Source: an uncultured bacterium
GTDB lineage: Bacteria > Actinomycetota > Thermoleophilia > Solirubrobacterales > 70-9
Reading direction: 5' to 3'
DNA: 64,000 bases
NCBI GenBank assembly: GCA_965652565.1
Contig: CBFGWL010000003.1
Location: 22,457-86,456, forward strand
Shown: piece by piece, positions 13,740-22,308 of the stretch
Layout: each line of letters opens with the position of its first letter
How positions within the stretch are numbered: position 1 is the stretch's first letter
The notes under the pieces: generated by a model
Seen by the model: only the letters and a program-made list of their open reading frames with translations
Told to the model about the DNA's origin: nothing
Database searches by the model: none
Program-made: the position numbers and the translations under genes

Positions 13740-14553
13740 GGCGCATTACTCTGTCACGCCCGTGGCCCGGCCACAGCCCTGGACGCAACCGATCGAGTTC
13801 CCCGAGTGCCCGCCCGGCTGGCGCACCGGCCCGCCCGACTTCGTCGGCGTCGGCGTGCAGCGCGCGGGCACGAGCTGGTGGTACCGCGGCGCCATCCGCC
13901 CGCACGCGCGCGTCGCGAAGGGCAACGGCACCGGCAAGGAGCTTCACTTCTTCGACCGCTTCTGGCCCGGCGCCCAGCCCGAGTACTCGCTCGAGGACTA
14001 CCACCGCCTCTTCCCCCGGCCGGAGGGGACGATCGCGGGCGAGTGGACGCCTCGCTATCTGGCCGACTTCTGGTCCCTCGGGCTGTTGCGGCAGGCCGCG
14101 CCCGACGCGCGGATCCTCGTGCTGCTGCGCGATCCGGTCGCGCGCTTCCTCTCCGGAGTCGCACACGCGCGCCAGCGCTGGGAGGGATCGGGCGAAGCGC
14201 TTGAGCTCGCCGAGCTCAACGAGGCCCTGTGGCGCGGCTTCTACTACGAGCAGCTGCGGCACCTGTTCGAGATCTACCCGCGCGAGCAGGTGCTCGTCCT
14301 GCAGTTCGAGCGCTGCGTGGCCGAGCCCCAGCGCGAGCTGCGGCGGACCACCGACTTCCTCGGGCTCGAGCCCTACGACGAGCCGCCCGAGCGGCTCGGC
14401 AAGCACTCGACCCCGAAGGCGGCGGGGCGCAAGCCCGAGCTCACGCCCGAGCTGCGCGAACAGCTGATCGCGCGCTACCGCGACGACGTCGCTCGGCTCG
14501 CCGACCTGTGCCCCGAGATCGACGTGGCGCTGTGGCCCAACTTCGCCGGCTGA
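13738..14553 (+). CDS. Sulfotransfer_1-like (carbohydrate sulfotransferase-like) protein
   Basis: FVGVGVQRAGTSWW (P-loop-like 5'-PSB), KELHFFDRFW and LLRDPVARFLS (3'-PB). The ATG at 13738 shares CATG with the divergent gene's start. Confidence 0.7.
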   Translation: MAHYSVTPVARPQPWTQPIEFPECPPGWRTGPPDFVGVGVQRAGTSWWYRGAIRPHARVAKGNGTGKELHFFDRFWPGAQPEYSLEDYHRLFPRPEGTIAGEWTPRYLADFWSLGLLRQAAPDARILVLLRDPVARFLSGVAHARQRWEGSGEALELAELNEALWRGFYYEQLRHLFEIYPREQVLVLQFERCVAEPQRELRRTTDFLGLEPYDEPPERLGKHSTPKAAGRKPELTPELREQLIARYRDDVARLADLCPEIDVALWPNFAG

Positions 14554-14628
14554 GGGCTTGGCCGGGCCGCTCGCGCGGTGCAAGATAGGCTGCGACCGAA
14601 TGGCGGACCTGTCGACGGAGGAGGGACC

Positions 14629-14910
14629 ATGCCGACTTACGTAATGCTCACCAACCTGACCCCGAGCGGGGTGAACACGCTGAAGACCAACCCCAGCCGG
14701 GTGCAGGAGGTCAACAGCGAGGTCGAGGCGATGGGAGCGCGCGTCGTCAGCCAGTGGGCCACGCTCGGGCAGTACGACTTCGTGAGCGTCGTCGAGGCGC
14801 CCGACGACGAGACGATGGCGCGGATCTCCGTGGAGCTGGGCTCGCGCGGCACGATGACGAGCCAGACCCTCGCCGCCATCCCCAGCGACAAGCTCGCCGA
14901 GGCGCTTTAA
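14629..14910 (+). CDS. GYD-domain small protein
   Basis: [19 protein letters not shown]...[29 protein letters not shown] just upstream of the ATG at 14629. Confidence 0.7.
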   Translation: MPTYVMLTNLTPSGVNTLKTNPSRVQEVNSEVEAMGARVVSQWATLGQYDFVSVVEAPDDETMARISVELGSRGTMTSQTLAAIPSDKLAEAL

Positions 14911-14937
14911 GCGACGAGGGGCAGGGGCACGCGCACG

Positions 14938-16224
14938 GTGTCGCAGAGGGTTCTCGTCGTCGGATCCGGGGGTCGCGAGCACGCGATCGTCCGCGCGCTG
15001 GCGCGCTCCCCGCAGCAGCCGGAACTGCTGGCCGCGCCCGGCAACGCCGGCATCGCCGCGGACGCGCGCTGCCTCAGCGTGGGCGCCGAGGACGTGCAGG
15101 GCCTGGTCGACGCGGCGGTCGAGGAGAACGTCGACCTCGTCGTCGTCGGTCCCGAGGCGCCGCTCGTCGCCGGCCTGGTGGACGCGCTGGAGGCTGCCGG
15201 CGTCCCCGCCTTCGGGCCCACGGCGGAGGCCGCGCGACTGGAGGGCTCCAAGGTCCACGCCAAGGAGATCATGCGGGAGGCGGGCGTGCCGACCGCCTCG
15301 CACGTCGTACTCCGCACCCGTGAGGAGGCGCTGGAGCACCTCGCGTGCGCGCCCTACCCCGCGGTGCTCAAGGCCGACGGACTCGCCGCCGGCAAGGGCG
15401 TGATCATCTGCCAGACGGAGGCCGAGGCGCGCGAGGCGGTGGACGTGTTCTTCACCGAGCGCCGCTTCGGCGAGACGACCGTGGTGCTCGAGGACTTCCT
15501 CGAGGGCGAGGAGCTCTCGCTGCTCGCGCTCTGCGACGGGGAGAACGTGGTCCCGCTCGCGCCCGCGCAGGACTACAAGCGCATCTTCGACGACGATCGC
15601 GGCCCGAACACGGGCGGCATGGGCAGCTACTCGCCCGTACCGGGCATCGATGCGGCGCGGGTCGAGGAGATCGCCGACGCCGTGCATCGCCCCGTGGTCG
15701 AGCTGCTCCGGCGCCGCGAGTCCCCGTTCCACGGCGTCCTGTACGCGGGCCTGATGCTGACCGCGAGCGGGCCGAAGGTGCTCGAGTTCAACACCCGCTT
15801 CGGCGACCCCGAGACGCAGGCCGTGCTCCCGCGCCTCGAGTCCGATCTGCTCGAGCTCTTCCGCGCCGCGCGCGAGCCCGGCGGCCTGGCCGGGGTGGAG
15901 GCACGCTTCGACGAACGCTGGGCGGTGACGGTCGTCCTCGCCTCGGCCGGCTATCCGGCGAGTTCGTCGAAGGGAGACGTGATTGAGGGCGTCGAGGCGG
16001 CCGCCGCCCGCGACGGCGTCGAGGTCACGCACGCCGGCACCGCGCGTGACGCCGAGGGCCGGCTCGTCACCGCCGGCGGGCGCGTTCTCAACGTCACCGC
16101 GCTGGGCAGCGACGCGGCCGAGGCCCGCGCCCGCGCCTACGAGGCCGCGCGCGAGATCAGCTTCGAGGGCATGCAGATGCGCAGCGACATCGCCGCGCGC
16201 GCCGAGCGCGCGACGGCGGGCTAG
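14938..16224 (+). CDS. purD: phosphoribosylamine-glycine ligase
   Basis: [12 protein letters not shown] and an ATP-grasp core, full-length similarity pattern (428 aa). Confidence 0.95.
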   Translation: MSQRVLVVGSGGREHAIVRALARSPQQPELLAAPGNAGIAADARCLSVGAEDVQGLVDAAVEENVDLVVVGPEAPLVAGLVDALEAAGVPAFGPTAEAARLEGSKVHAKEIMREAGVPTASHVVLRTREEALEHLACAPYPAVLKADGLAAGKGVIICQTEAEAREAVDVFFTERRFGETTVVLEDFLEGEELSLLALCDGENVVPLAPAQDYKRIFDDDRGPNTGGMGSYSPVPGIDAARVEEIADAVHRPVVELLRRRESPFHGVLYAGLMLTASGPKVLEFNTRFGDPETQAVLPRLESDLLELFRAAREPGGLAGVEARFDERWAVTVVLASAGYPASSSKGDVIEGVEAAAARDGVEVTHAGTARDAEGRLVTAGGRVLNVTALGSDAAEARARAYEAAREISFEGMQMRSDIAARAERATAG

Positions 16225-16259
16225 CCCTCCCCGGAGACCCACCGACCAAGGAGACAAGC

Positions 16260-16760
16260 ATGGAATCAGGCGAGCGAGGCACCGCGACCGGCACCCAGGG
16301 CCCGGCGACGCCCACGGAGCCGATGCCCGATGTCGAGTCCGCCTTCGAGGAGATCGAGGTCGAGGCGCCGCTCGTCGGGATCATCATGGGCTCCAAGAAC
16401 GACAAGCCCAAGATGCAGCCCGCCGGGCAGGCCCTCGAGGACGCCGGCATCCGGTACGAGGTGCGCGTGATGAGCGCGCATCGCGACCCCGAGAAGGTCC
16501 GCGAGTACTGCCACGCGGCACGCATGCGCGGGCTCAAGGTGATCATCGCCGGCGCCGGCATGTCCGCGGCGCTGCCGGGCGTCGCCGCCGCCCACACCGA
16601 CCTGCCGGTGATCGGCGTGCCGATCCTGGGCAAGACGCTCGGCGGGCTCGATGCGCTGCTCTCGGTGGTGCAGATGCCGCCGGGCGTCCCCGTCGCATGC
16701 GTCGCCGTCGACGGCGCCAAGAACGCCGGCGTTTTGGCCGCGCGCATCATCAACGCCTAA
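16260..16760 (+). CDS. purE: N5-carboxyaminoimidazole ribonucleotide mutase
   Basis: VGIIMGSKNDKP...VMSAHRDPEKV...IIAGAGMSAALPGV. The N-terminal extension makes the start uncertain. Confidence 0.93.
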   Translation: MESGERGTATGTQGPATPTEPMPDVESAFEEIEVEAPLVGIIMGSKNDKPKMQPAGQALEDAGIRYEVRVMSAHRDPEKVREYCHAARMRGLKVIIAGAGMSAALPGVAAAHTDLPVIGVPILGKTLGGLDALLSVVQMPPGVPVACVAVDGAKNAGVLAARIINA

Positions 16761-16763
16761 GCC

Positions 16764-18065
16764 TTGATCCCCCGCTACACCCGCGAGCAGATCGGCGCCG
16801 TCTGGACGCAGCGGCGCAAGATGGAGGGCTGGCTCGAGGTCGAGCTCGCCGTGACCGACGCGCTCGCCGCCGAGGGCATCGTCCCCGAGGAGGCCGCCAG
16901 GGCCTGCCGCGAGCGCGCCTCGTTCGAGGTCGAGGCCGTCGAGGAGCGCGAGCGCGTCACGAACCACGACGTCGCCGCGTTCGTCGACGTCGTCGCGGCG
17001 TCGGTCGGCGAGGAGGGGCGCTGGATCCACTACGGCCTCACCTCCTCCGACGTGCTCGACACCGCGCTGGCGACCCAGCTCGTCGAGGCGGGACGCATCC
17101 TGGTTGAGGGTGCGCGCGCCTACCGCGACGCGCTCATCGACCGCGCGCTCGAGCACCGCGACACGGTCTGCATCGGGCGCACCCACGGCATCCACGCCGA
17201 GCCGACGAGCTTCGGGCTGCGCCTCGCCGGCTTCGCGTTCGAGGCCGACCGCAACCTGCAGCGGCTCGAACGCGCCTTCGAGCAGGCAGCCGTGGGCAAG
17301 CTTTCGGGCGCCGTCGGCACCTACGCGACGCTGCCGCCACGGATCGAGGCGCGCGTCATGGAGACGCTCGGGCTGCGCCGCGAGGACGCCTCGACGCAAG
17401 TCGTCCCGCGCGACCGCCACGCCGAGGTCCTGAGCGCGATCGCGCTCGCCGGCGCCGGGCTCGAGCGCTTCGCCACCGAGATCCGCAACCTGCAGCGGAC
17501 CGAGATGCGCGAGGTCGAGGAGCCGTTTCGCGCCGGGCAGAAGGGCTCGTCGGCGATGCCGCACAAGCGCAACCCGATCACCTGCGAGCGCATCACCGGG
17601 CTCGCGCGGGTGCTCCGCGGCTACGCCCAGACCGGGCTCGAGAACGTCGCGCTCTGGCACGAGCGCGACATCTCCCATTCCGGTGCCGAGCGCGTCGTGC
17701 TTCCCGACGCCACGATCGCGCTCGACTACATGCAGCACCTGGGGACGCGGGTCGCGCGCGACATGGTCGTCCACGCCGATCGGATGCGGGAGAACCTCGA
17801 GCTCACCTACGGAGCCGTCTTCAGTCAGCGGGCGCTCACCGCGCTCGTGAACGCCGGGCTCAGCCGCGACGACGCCTACCGCCTCGTCCAGCGCAACGCC
17901 CAGGACGCCTGGGACCAGCGGGTGCCGTTCCGCGAGCTGCTCGAGCGCGCGCTCGCCGAGACGCCGGACGCGCCGGCGGTCGACCTGGACGCGATCTTCG
18001 ACCCGGGCGCTTACCTGGCGAACGCCGGGGAGGTGTTCGAGCGCCTCGAGGCGCTGCGCGGCTAG
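16764..18065 (+). CDS. purB: adenylosuccinate lyase
   Basis: TTG start 4 nt after purE. (M)IPRYTR and the SSAMPHKRNP signature loop. Confidence 0.95.
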   Translation: MIPRYTREQIGAVWTQRRKMEGWLEVELAVTDALAAEGIVPEEAARACRERASFEVEAVEERERVTNHDVAAFVDVVAASVGEEGRWIHYGLTSSDVLDTALATQLVEAGRILVEGARAYRDALIDRALEHRDTVCIGRTHGIHAEPTSFGLRLAGFAFEADRNLQRLERAFEQAAVGKLSGAVGTYATLPPRIEARVMETLGLRREDASTQVVPRDRHAEVLSAIALAGAGLERFATEIRNLQRTEMREVEEPFRAGQKGSSAMPHKRNPITCERITGLARVLRGYAQTGLENVALWHERDISHSGAERVVLPDATIALDYMQHLGTRVARDMVVHADRMRENLELTYGAVFSQRALTALVNAGLSRDDAYRLVQRNAQDAWDQRVPFRELLERALAETPDAPAVDLDAIFDPGAYLANAGEVFERLEALRG

Positions 18066-18131
18066 CCGCGCTCCTTCCAACAGTCGTCCACCCGCGTTTC
18101 AACACCCTCCTGGTGAGGAATCTCACCACTG

Positions 18132-18470
18132 ATGAGTAATGGGGTCACCGCAAGCGTCCGCCGCGTTCGCTTTCCCACCGCGCTCACGTTGCTGGGCACG
18201 ATCCTGATAGCCGTTGGGGCCGGGCTGCTCGCGGCAGAGCTCTCGACCGTCCAGGCGCAGGAGATCGTCGCCGGCGCGGGCAGCGCCGACACCGCGCCGT
18301 TCAACCAGGGCGCCGCCGGCGCCCAACTGCCAACCGCCGCCGTGGCCGGTGACACGGGTGACTCGACCGGCCTTCTGCCGTTCACCGGCGCCGTCGCGAT
18401 CCCGATGATCGTCGTCGGGTTGATCGCCGTGGCGAGCGGCTTCCTGCTGCGGCGACGAGCCGAACGCTGA
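18132..18470 (+). CDS. very small LPXTG-type sortase-substrate-like protein
   Basis: N-terminal TM/signal segment, a roughly 45-aa Ala/Gly-rich mature part, then LPFTG, a hydrophobic helix and an RRRAER tail. Confidence 0.6.
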   Translation: MSNGVTASVRRVRFPTALTLLGTILIAVGAGLLAAELSTVQAQEIVAGAGSADTAPFNQGAAGAQLPTAAVAGDTGDSTGLLPFTGAVAIPMIVVGLIAVASGFLLRRRAER

Positions 18471-18482
18471 ACGAGCCGACGG

Positions 18483-20645
18483 TTGGACGCGACCGCTGGG
18501 CTGCTGGGCTCCATCGCGGGGTTCGCGGCGGTCTGGGTGCTGCCCGGGTTCGCGCTCGGCGCGCTGGCCGACCGCCTCGGCACTCGAACCGCACCGCGCC
18601 CGGCGGTTGAGCTCGCCCGCGCGCTCGTTCTCAGCCTCGCCTTCCTCGCCGTCGTCGGCGGCACGCTGCTCGCGCTCCGGTGGTTCGGCGGCGCCCAGCT
18701 TGCCGTGCCGGTTCTCCTCACAGCCGTGGCCGGGCTCCCGGCCGCGTTGCGCTGGGCGCAAGACGCTGTCCAACCATGGTGGCGCACGCTGGCCCTGCTC
18801 GCGCTGGCGCTGCCCTGGCTGGCGTCGGCGGCCACCACGAAGGCCACTCCCTCGCACTCCTACCAGTGGTACTACTGGGAGCTCGGTCGGCAGCTCAGCG
18901 AAGCGGGCGGAGTGCCGAGCTTCGTACTCGAGTTCGGGGAGCAGGTTCGCTGGCACCCGGACTACGTCTTCTTCAGTGTGGGCAGTGAGGCCTACCGCTG
19001 GCTGACCGGGCCACTCGGCGAGACCGCGGCGATCGTCGGCTGGCGCGCGCCGGTGGCCCTGACCGCGCTGGCCCTCGCTTACGCGACGCTGCGGCTGTGG
19101 CTGACGCGCGCTCCCGCGATCATCGGCTGTGCGGCGCTGGCCGCCTCCACGTACTTCCTCGTCAAATTCGACGCCTACAAGCCGGAGTCGCTGGGCGCGG
19201 TTCCCGCGCTCGCCGCGCTGGTGCTCGCCGTGAGCGGGGTACGCGCACGCTCGGCCGGCGCGCTCCTGCTCGCGGGCGCGGGCGCGGGCCTGGCGATGGG
19301 GGTCCACGGCATCGCCGCCGCGGTAATCGGCGCGATCGGAGGGATCGCCGCGCTTGTCGAGTGGCGGATGCGCCGGTCCGAGCCCGCGCTTGCGTTCCGA
19401 GCGCTCCTGGCAGCGGCCGCGCTCACGATCACCGTGATCATCGCGACCGGGCTCGCGTTGCAGGGGCGTGCGGTCGTGGCGAGCGACGCCGCCAATCCGG
19501 CCCTCGGTCGCGGCGAGGACCCGACCTGGGCCTTCCTGCGCCGCCACGAGGGCGAGTTCGGAGATCGCTTCCCGCCCGCCGCCACCACACGGGCTGTCGC
19601 GTCGATCCGGCGTCCGTGGCCCGCCGCGCTCGTGCGCGACGGCGGCTGGGCGCTCTTGCTCGCGGCCATCGCGGCTGCGCTCGTCGCCGCCCTGCGCAGC
19701 GGCCGCCCCCGCACCCGGCGCGCCGCCGCGATCCTGCTCGCCGCGCTCGCCCTGCTCGCGCTCGCCGGCCTCGCATTCGCGCTCGCATTCGACACGTTCA
19801 TCCCGCAGCACACGGGAATGACCCGGATGGGCGCCTACTCCTACCTGGTGCTGGCGCTGGCCGTCGGGGTGGCCGCGCAGCTCGGCTGGTCGTGGGCCCG
19901 CCGGCGCTTCGGGGCCGTACCGTCCGGCCTCGCGGCGGGCGTGCTTGCGTTCGCGCTGACTTGGTCGGTCGCGACCGCCAACACGACCCTGGCGGGCTCG
20001 CGGGAGCTGGGACCGGCAGGCGAGCAGGTACTCGAGCGCCTGCGTGCGGAGGAGGCTCCGGGCACGGTGCTGAGCAACGCCAGCACGCGCGGCCTGATCG
20101 AGTTCGCGGCGCGCCGCGAGGCGCCCATCGAGGGCCGCCAACCGGTCATCGAGGACCCCGGGTTCCTGCGCGCGGCCAACGCCCGGCTGGAGCAGGTCGA
20201 GCGCTTCTTCAACAACGCCGGCCTGGATGGCCCGCGAGCCGATCGCGCGGTGCTCGACCAGCTCGACGTGGGCTGGATCATCGCGGCCGACCCGCCGGAG
20301 GCGCTCGGCACGCCCTTCAGCTTCAGCGTTCCTGCCGGCCTCGCCGAGCGACTTGCCCGGGAACCCGGGCTCAGCGAGGCGTTCGCCGCCCCCGGGCTCA
20401 CGGTGTTCCGGGTGGCGGGCGCAGGCCCCGTCGCTCGGGTCGGCTCCGCGCAAGAACTTGCCGCGCGCTGGGGGCTCGCCCTCGGCGCCACTTTGCTGAT
20501 CACGACAACGCTCGCCCAGCTCGCACGCGCGCGGGATGGGCGCACGAACGAAAGGAGTACCGATGAGGACCACGACGCTGGCCGGGGCCGCCGCTCTGGT
20601 GCTTACAGCCACCGCGTTGCTGGGCTGTGGCGGTGGCGGGGATGA
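18483..20645 (+). CDS. large polytopic membrane protein (possible GT-C-like glycosyltransferase) with a C-terminal soluble domain
   Basis: 720 aa with more than 10 hydrophobic segments, followed by a roughly 200-aa hydrophilic C-terminal domain. TTG start. The 3' end overlaps the next gene by 83 nt, so the stop or frame is uncertain. The function call is inference only. Confidence 0.5.
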   Translation: MDATAGLLGSIAGFAAVWVLPGFALGALADRLGTRTAPRPAVELARALVLSLAFLAVVGGTLLALRWFGGAQLAVPVLLTAVAGLPAALRWAQDAVQPWWRTLALLALALPWLASAATTKATPSHSYQWYYWELGRQLSEAGGVPSFVLEFGEQVRWHPDYVFFSVGSEAYRWLTGPLGETAAIVGWRAPVALTALALAYATLRLWLTRAPAIIGCAALAASTYFLVKFDAYKPESLGAVPALAALVLAVSGVRARSAGALLLAGAGAGLAMGVHGIAAAVIGAIGGIAALVEWRMRRSEPALAFRALLAAAALTITVIIATGLALQGRAVVASDAANPALGRGEDPTWAFLRRHEGEFGDRFPPAATTRAVASIRRPWPAALVRDGGWALLLAAIAAALVAALRSGRPRTRRAAAILLAALALLALAGLAFALAFDTFIPQHTGMTRMGAYSYLVLALAVGVAAQLGWSWARRRFGAVPSGLAAGVLAFALTWSVATANTTLAGSRELGPAGEQVLERLRAEEAPGTVLSNASTRGLIEFAARREAPIEGRQPVIEDPGFLRAANARLEQVERFFNNAGLDGPRADRAVLDQLDVGWIIAADPPEALGTPFSFSVPAGLAERLAREPGLSEAFAAPGLTVFRVAGAGPVARVGSAQELAARWGLALGATLLITTTLAQLARARDGRTNERSTDEDHDAGRGRRSGAYSHRVAGLWRWRG

Positions 20646-21075
20646 TCAGCCGGAGAGCGCCGCGGAAGACGCGCCGCGGACCCTGACACGCGAGGACATC
20701 CGCGCGTACCCGTCCGGCTCCCCGGAGCGCGCCACGCTCGAGTGGTGGCGGGATCTGCAGTTCCAGAACGCGGGCGGCGCGCACGCGCGCTACGTCGAGG
20801 ACGCTGCACCGCCGCTCGAGGACCTGAATCGTCAGATCTCGATCGCCGCCTCCTCCTTCGTCGGGATCCCGGAGATCGTGGACACCTCCAAGGAGGACGG
20901 GCTCGCGACCGTGTACCTGCAGATCAGCCCGCCGGGCAGCTCGGCGCCGCCGCGCACCCTGAGCGTGAACCTGGCGAAGGAGGACGGCAACTGGCTGATT
21001 CGCGACAACCTGCTGGTCGAGCAGGCGGTGAACCGCGTCGCGCGCATCCGCGCCCAGCAGGAGTCGGGCGACTAG
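20563..21075 (+). CDS. lipoprotein
   Basis: AAAGGAG SD (20551..20557), then MRTTTLAGAAALVLTATALLGCGGGG with lipobox LLGC. Confidence 0.7.
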   Translation: MRTTTLAGAAALVLTATALLGCGGGGDDQPESAAEDAPRTLTREDIRAYPSGSPERATLEWWRDLQFQNAGGAHARYVEDAAPPLEDLNRQISIAASSFVGIPEIVDTSKEDGLATVYLQISPPGSSAPPRTLSVNLAKEDGNWLIRDNLLVEQAVNRVARIRAQQESGD

Positions 21076-21093
21076 AGGACTAGAGGTGAGAGC

Positions 21094-21384
21094 TCAGCGC
21101 GTGCGCGCGAAGCGCTCGACCGCCGCGATCAGCTCGTCGACCTTCTCGTCGGCCTCCTCGCCGCCGCGCTGGATCGCGCCGCGAACGCAGTGGTCCGTGT
21201 GCTCGGCGAGGAGCTTGAGTGCGACGCCGTCGAGCGCGCGCGAGATCGCCCCGATCTGCGTCAGCACGTCGATGCAGTACGCGTCCTCCTCGACCATCCG
21301 CGTCACGCCACGGACCTGGCCTTCGATCCGGGCGAGCCTGCGGAGCACGGCCTCGCGCTCCTCGCTGTATCCGGGATGATCCAT
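21094..21384 (-). CDS. csoR: CsoR/RcnR-family metal-sensing repressor
   Basis: 96 aa. [21 protein letters not shown] and HTDHC give a C-H-C ligand pattern like Cu(I)-sensing CsoR. Confidence 0.85.
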   Translation of the reverse strand: MDHPGYSEEREAVLRRLARIEGQVRGVTRMVEEDAYCIDVLTQIGAISRALDGVALKLLAEHTDHCVRGAIQRGGEEADEKVDELIAAVERFARTR

Positions 21385-21393
21385 CGGCTCGAC

Positions 21394-21411
21394 TATACCG
21401 GGCGGGGGTAT
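21394..21411. promoter_or_regulatory. candidate CsoR operator
   Basis: TATACC-GGGCGGG-GGTAT has a 5-bp inverted repeat around a G-rich spacer. It resembles published CsoR boxes of the ATACCCC..GGGGTAT type. It lies 10 nt from the csoR start and 24 nt from the purC start. Confidence 0.5.
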
Positions 21412-21434
21412 CCCGTCTGTACCATCGGCAGGCC

Positions 21435-22292
21435 TTGACGACCTCCCTTGCAGATCTGCGCCTGCTGTCCAGCGGCAAGGTCCGCGAGATGTACCAGCTC
21501 GAGGACGACCTGCTGATGGTCGCCTCGGATCGCATCTCCGCGTACGACGTCGTCCTGCCCACGCCGATCCCGGACAAGGGCCGCGTGCTGACGCAGATGT
21601 CGGTGTTCTGGTTCGAGACGACCGGCCACATCTGCCCCAACCATCTGATCTCCCAGGAGGTGCCCGAGGAGGTGCGCGGGCGCGCCCTGCGCGTGCGCAA
21701 GCTCGACATGTATCCCGTCGAGTGCGTGGTCCGCGGCTATCTCTCGGGATCGGGCTGGAAGGAGTACCGCGCGTCGCAGTCCGTCTGCGGCATCGAGCTG
21801 CCGGCCGGGCTGCGCGAGTCGGACAGGCTGCCCGAGCCGATCTTCACGCCCGCGACCAAGGCCGAGGAGGGCGAGCACGACGAGAACGTCGACTTCGAGC
21901 GGGCCGTCCAGATCGTCGGGGACCGCGGCCTGATGGAGCGCCTGCGCGACATCTCGATCGCGCTGTACACGCACGCCGCCGAGCACGCCGCGGAGCGGGG
22001 GATCATCATCGCCGACACCAAGTTCGAGTTCGGCGCCGCCGCCGACGCGGAGATCGTGCTCGCCGACGAGGTGCTTACGCCCGACTCCTCGCGGTTCTGG
22101 CCGGCCGACGCGTACGAGCCGGGGCGCGGGCAGTCGTCCTTCGACAAGCAGTACGTGCGCGACTGGCTCGACGAGTCGGGCTGGGACCACAACCCGCCGG
22201 GGCCCGAGCTCCCCGCGGAGGTCGTCGCGAACACGCGGACGAAGTACGTCGAGGCCTACGAGCGCATCACCGGCCGTTCGCTCGACGGTTGA
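21435..22292 (+). CDS. purC: SAICAR synthase
   Basis: TTG start in frame. GKVREMY...[14 protein letters not shown]...DTKFEFG. The ORF-track start at 21219 runs antisense through csoR and is not used. Confidence 0.93.
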   Translation: MTTSLADLRLLSSGKVREMYQLEDDLLMVASDRISAYDVVLPTPIPDKGRVLTQMSVFWFETTGHICPNHLISQEVPEEVRGRALRVRKLDMYPVECVVRGYLSGSGWKEYRASQSVCGIELPAGLRESDRLPEPIFTPATKAEEGEHDENVDFERAVQIVGDRGLMERLRDISIALYTHAAEHAAERGIIIADTKFEFGAAADAEIVLADEVLTPDSSRFWPADAYEPGRGQSSFDKQYVRDWLDESGWDHNPPGPELPAEVVANTRTKYVEAYERITGRSLDG

Positions 22293-22308
22293 GTCGCGCT
22301 CGCCGGGG

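Noticed and set aside
12544-16257. 1237-aa minus-strand ORF across the sulfotransferase, GYD and purD genes
   Set aside because: It is antisense or out of frame to well-supported genes, and it crosses a strong terminator hairpin and the low-GC repeat. It has no recognisable domains.
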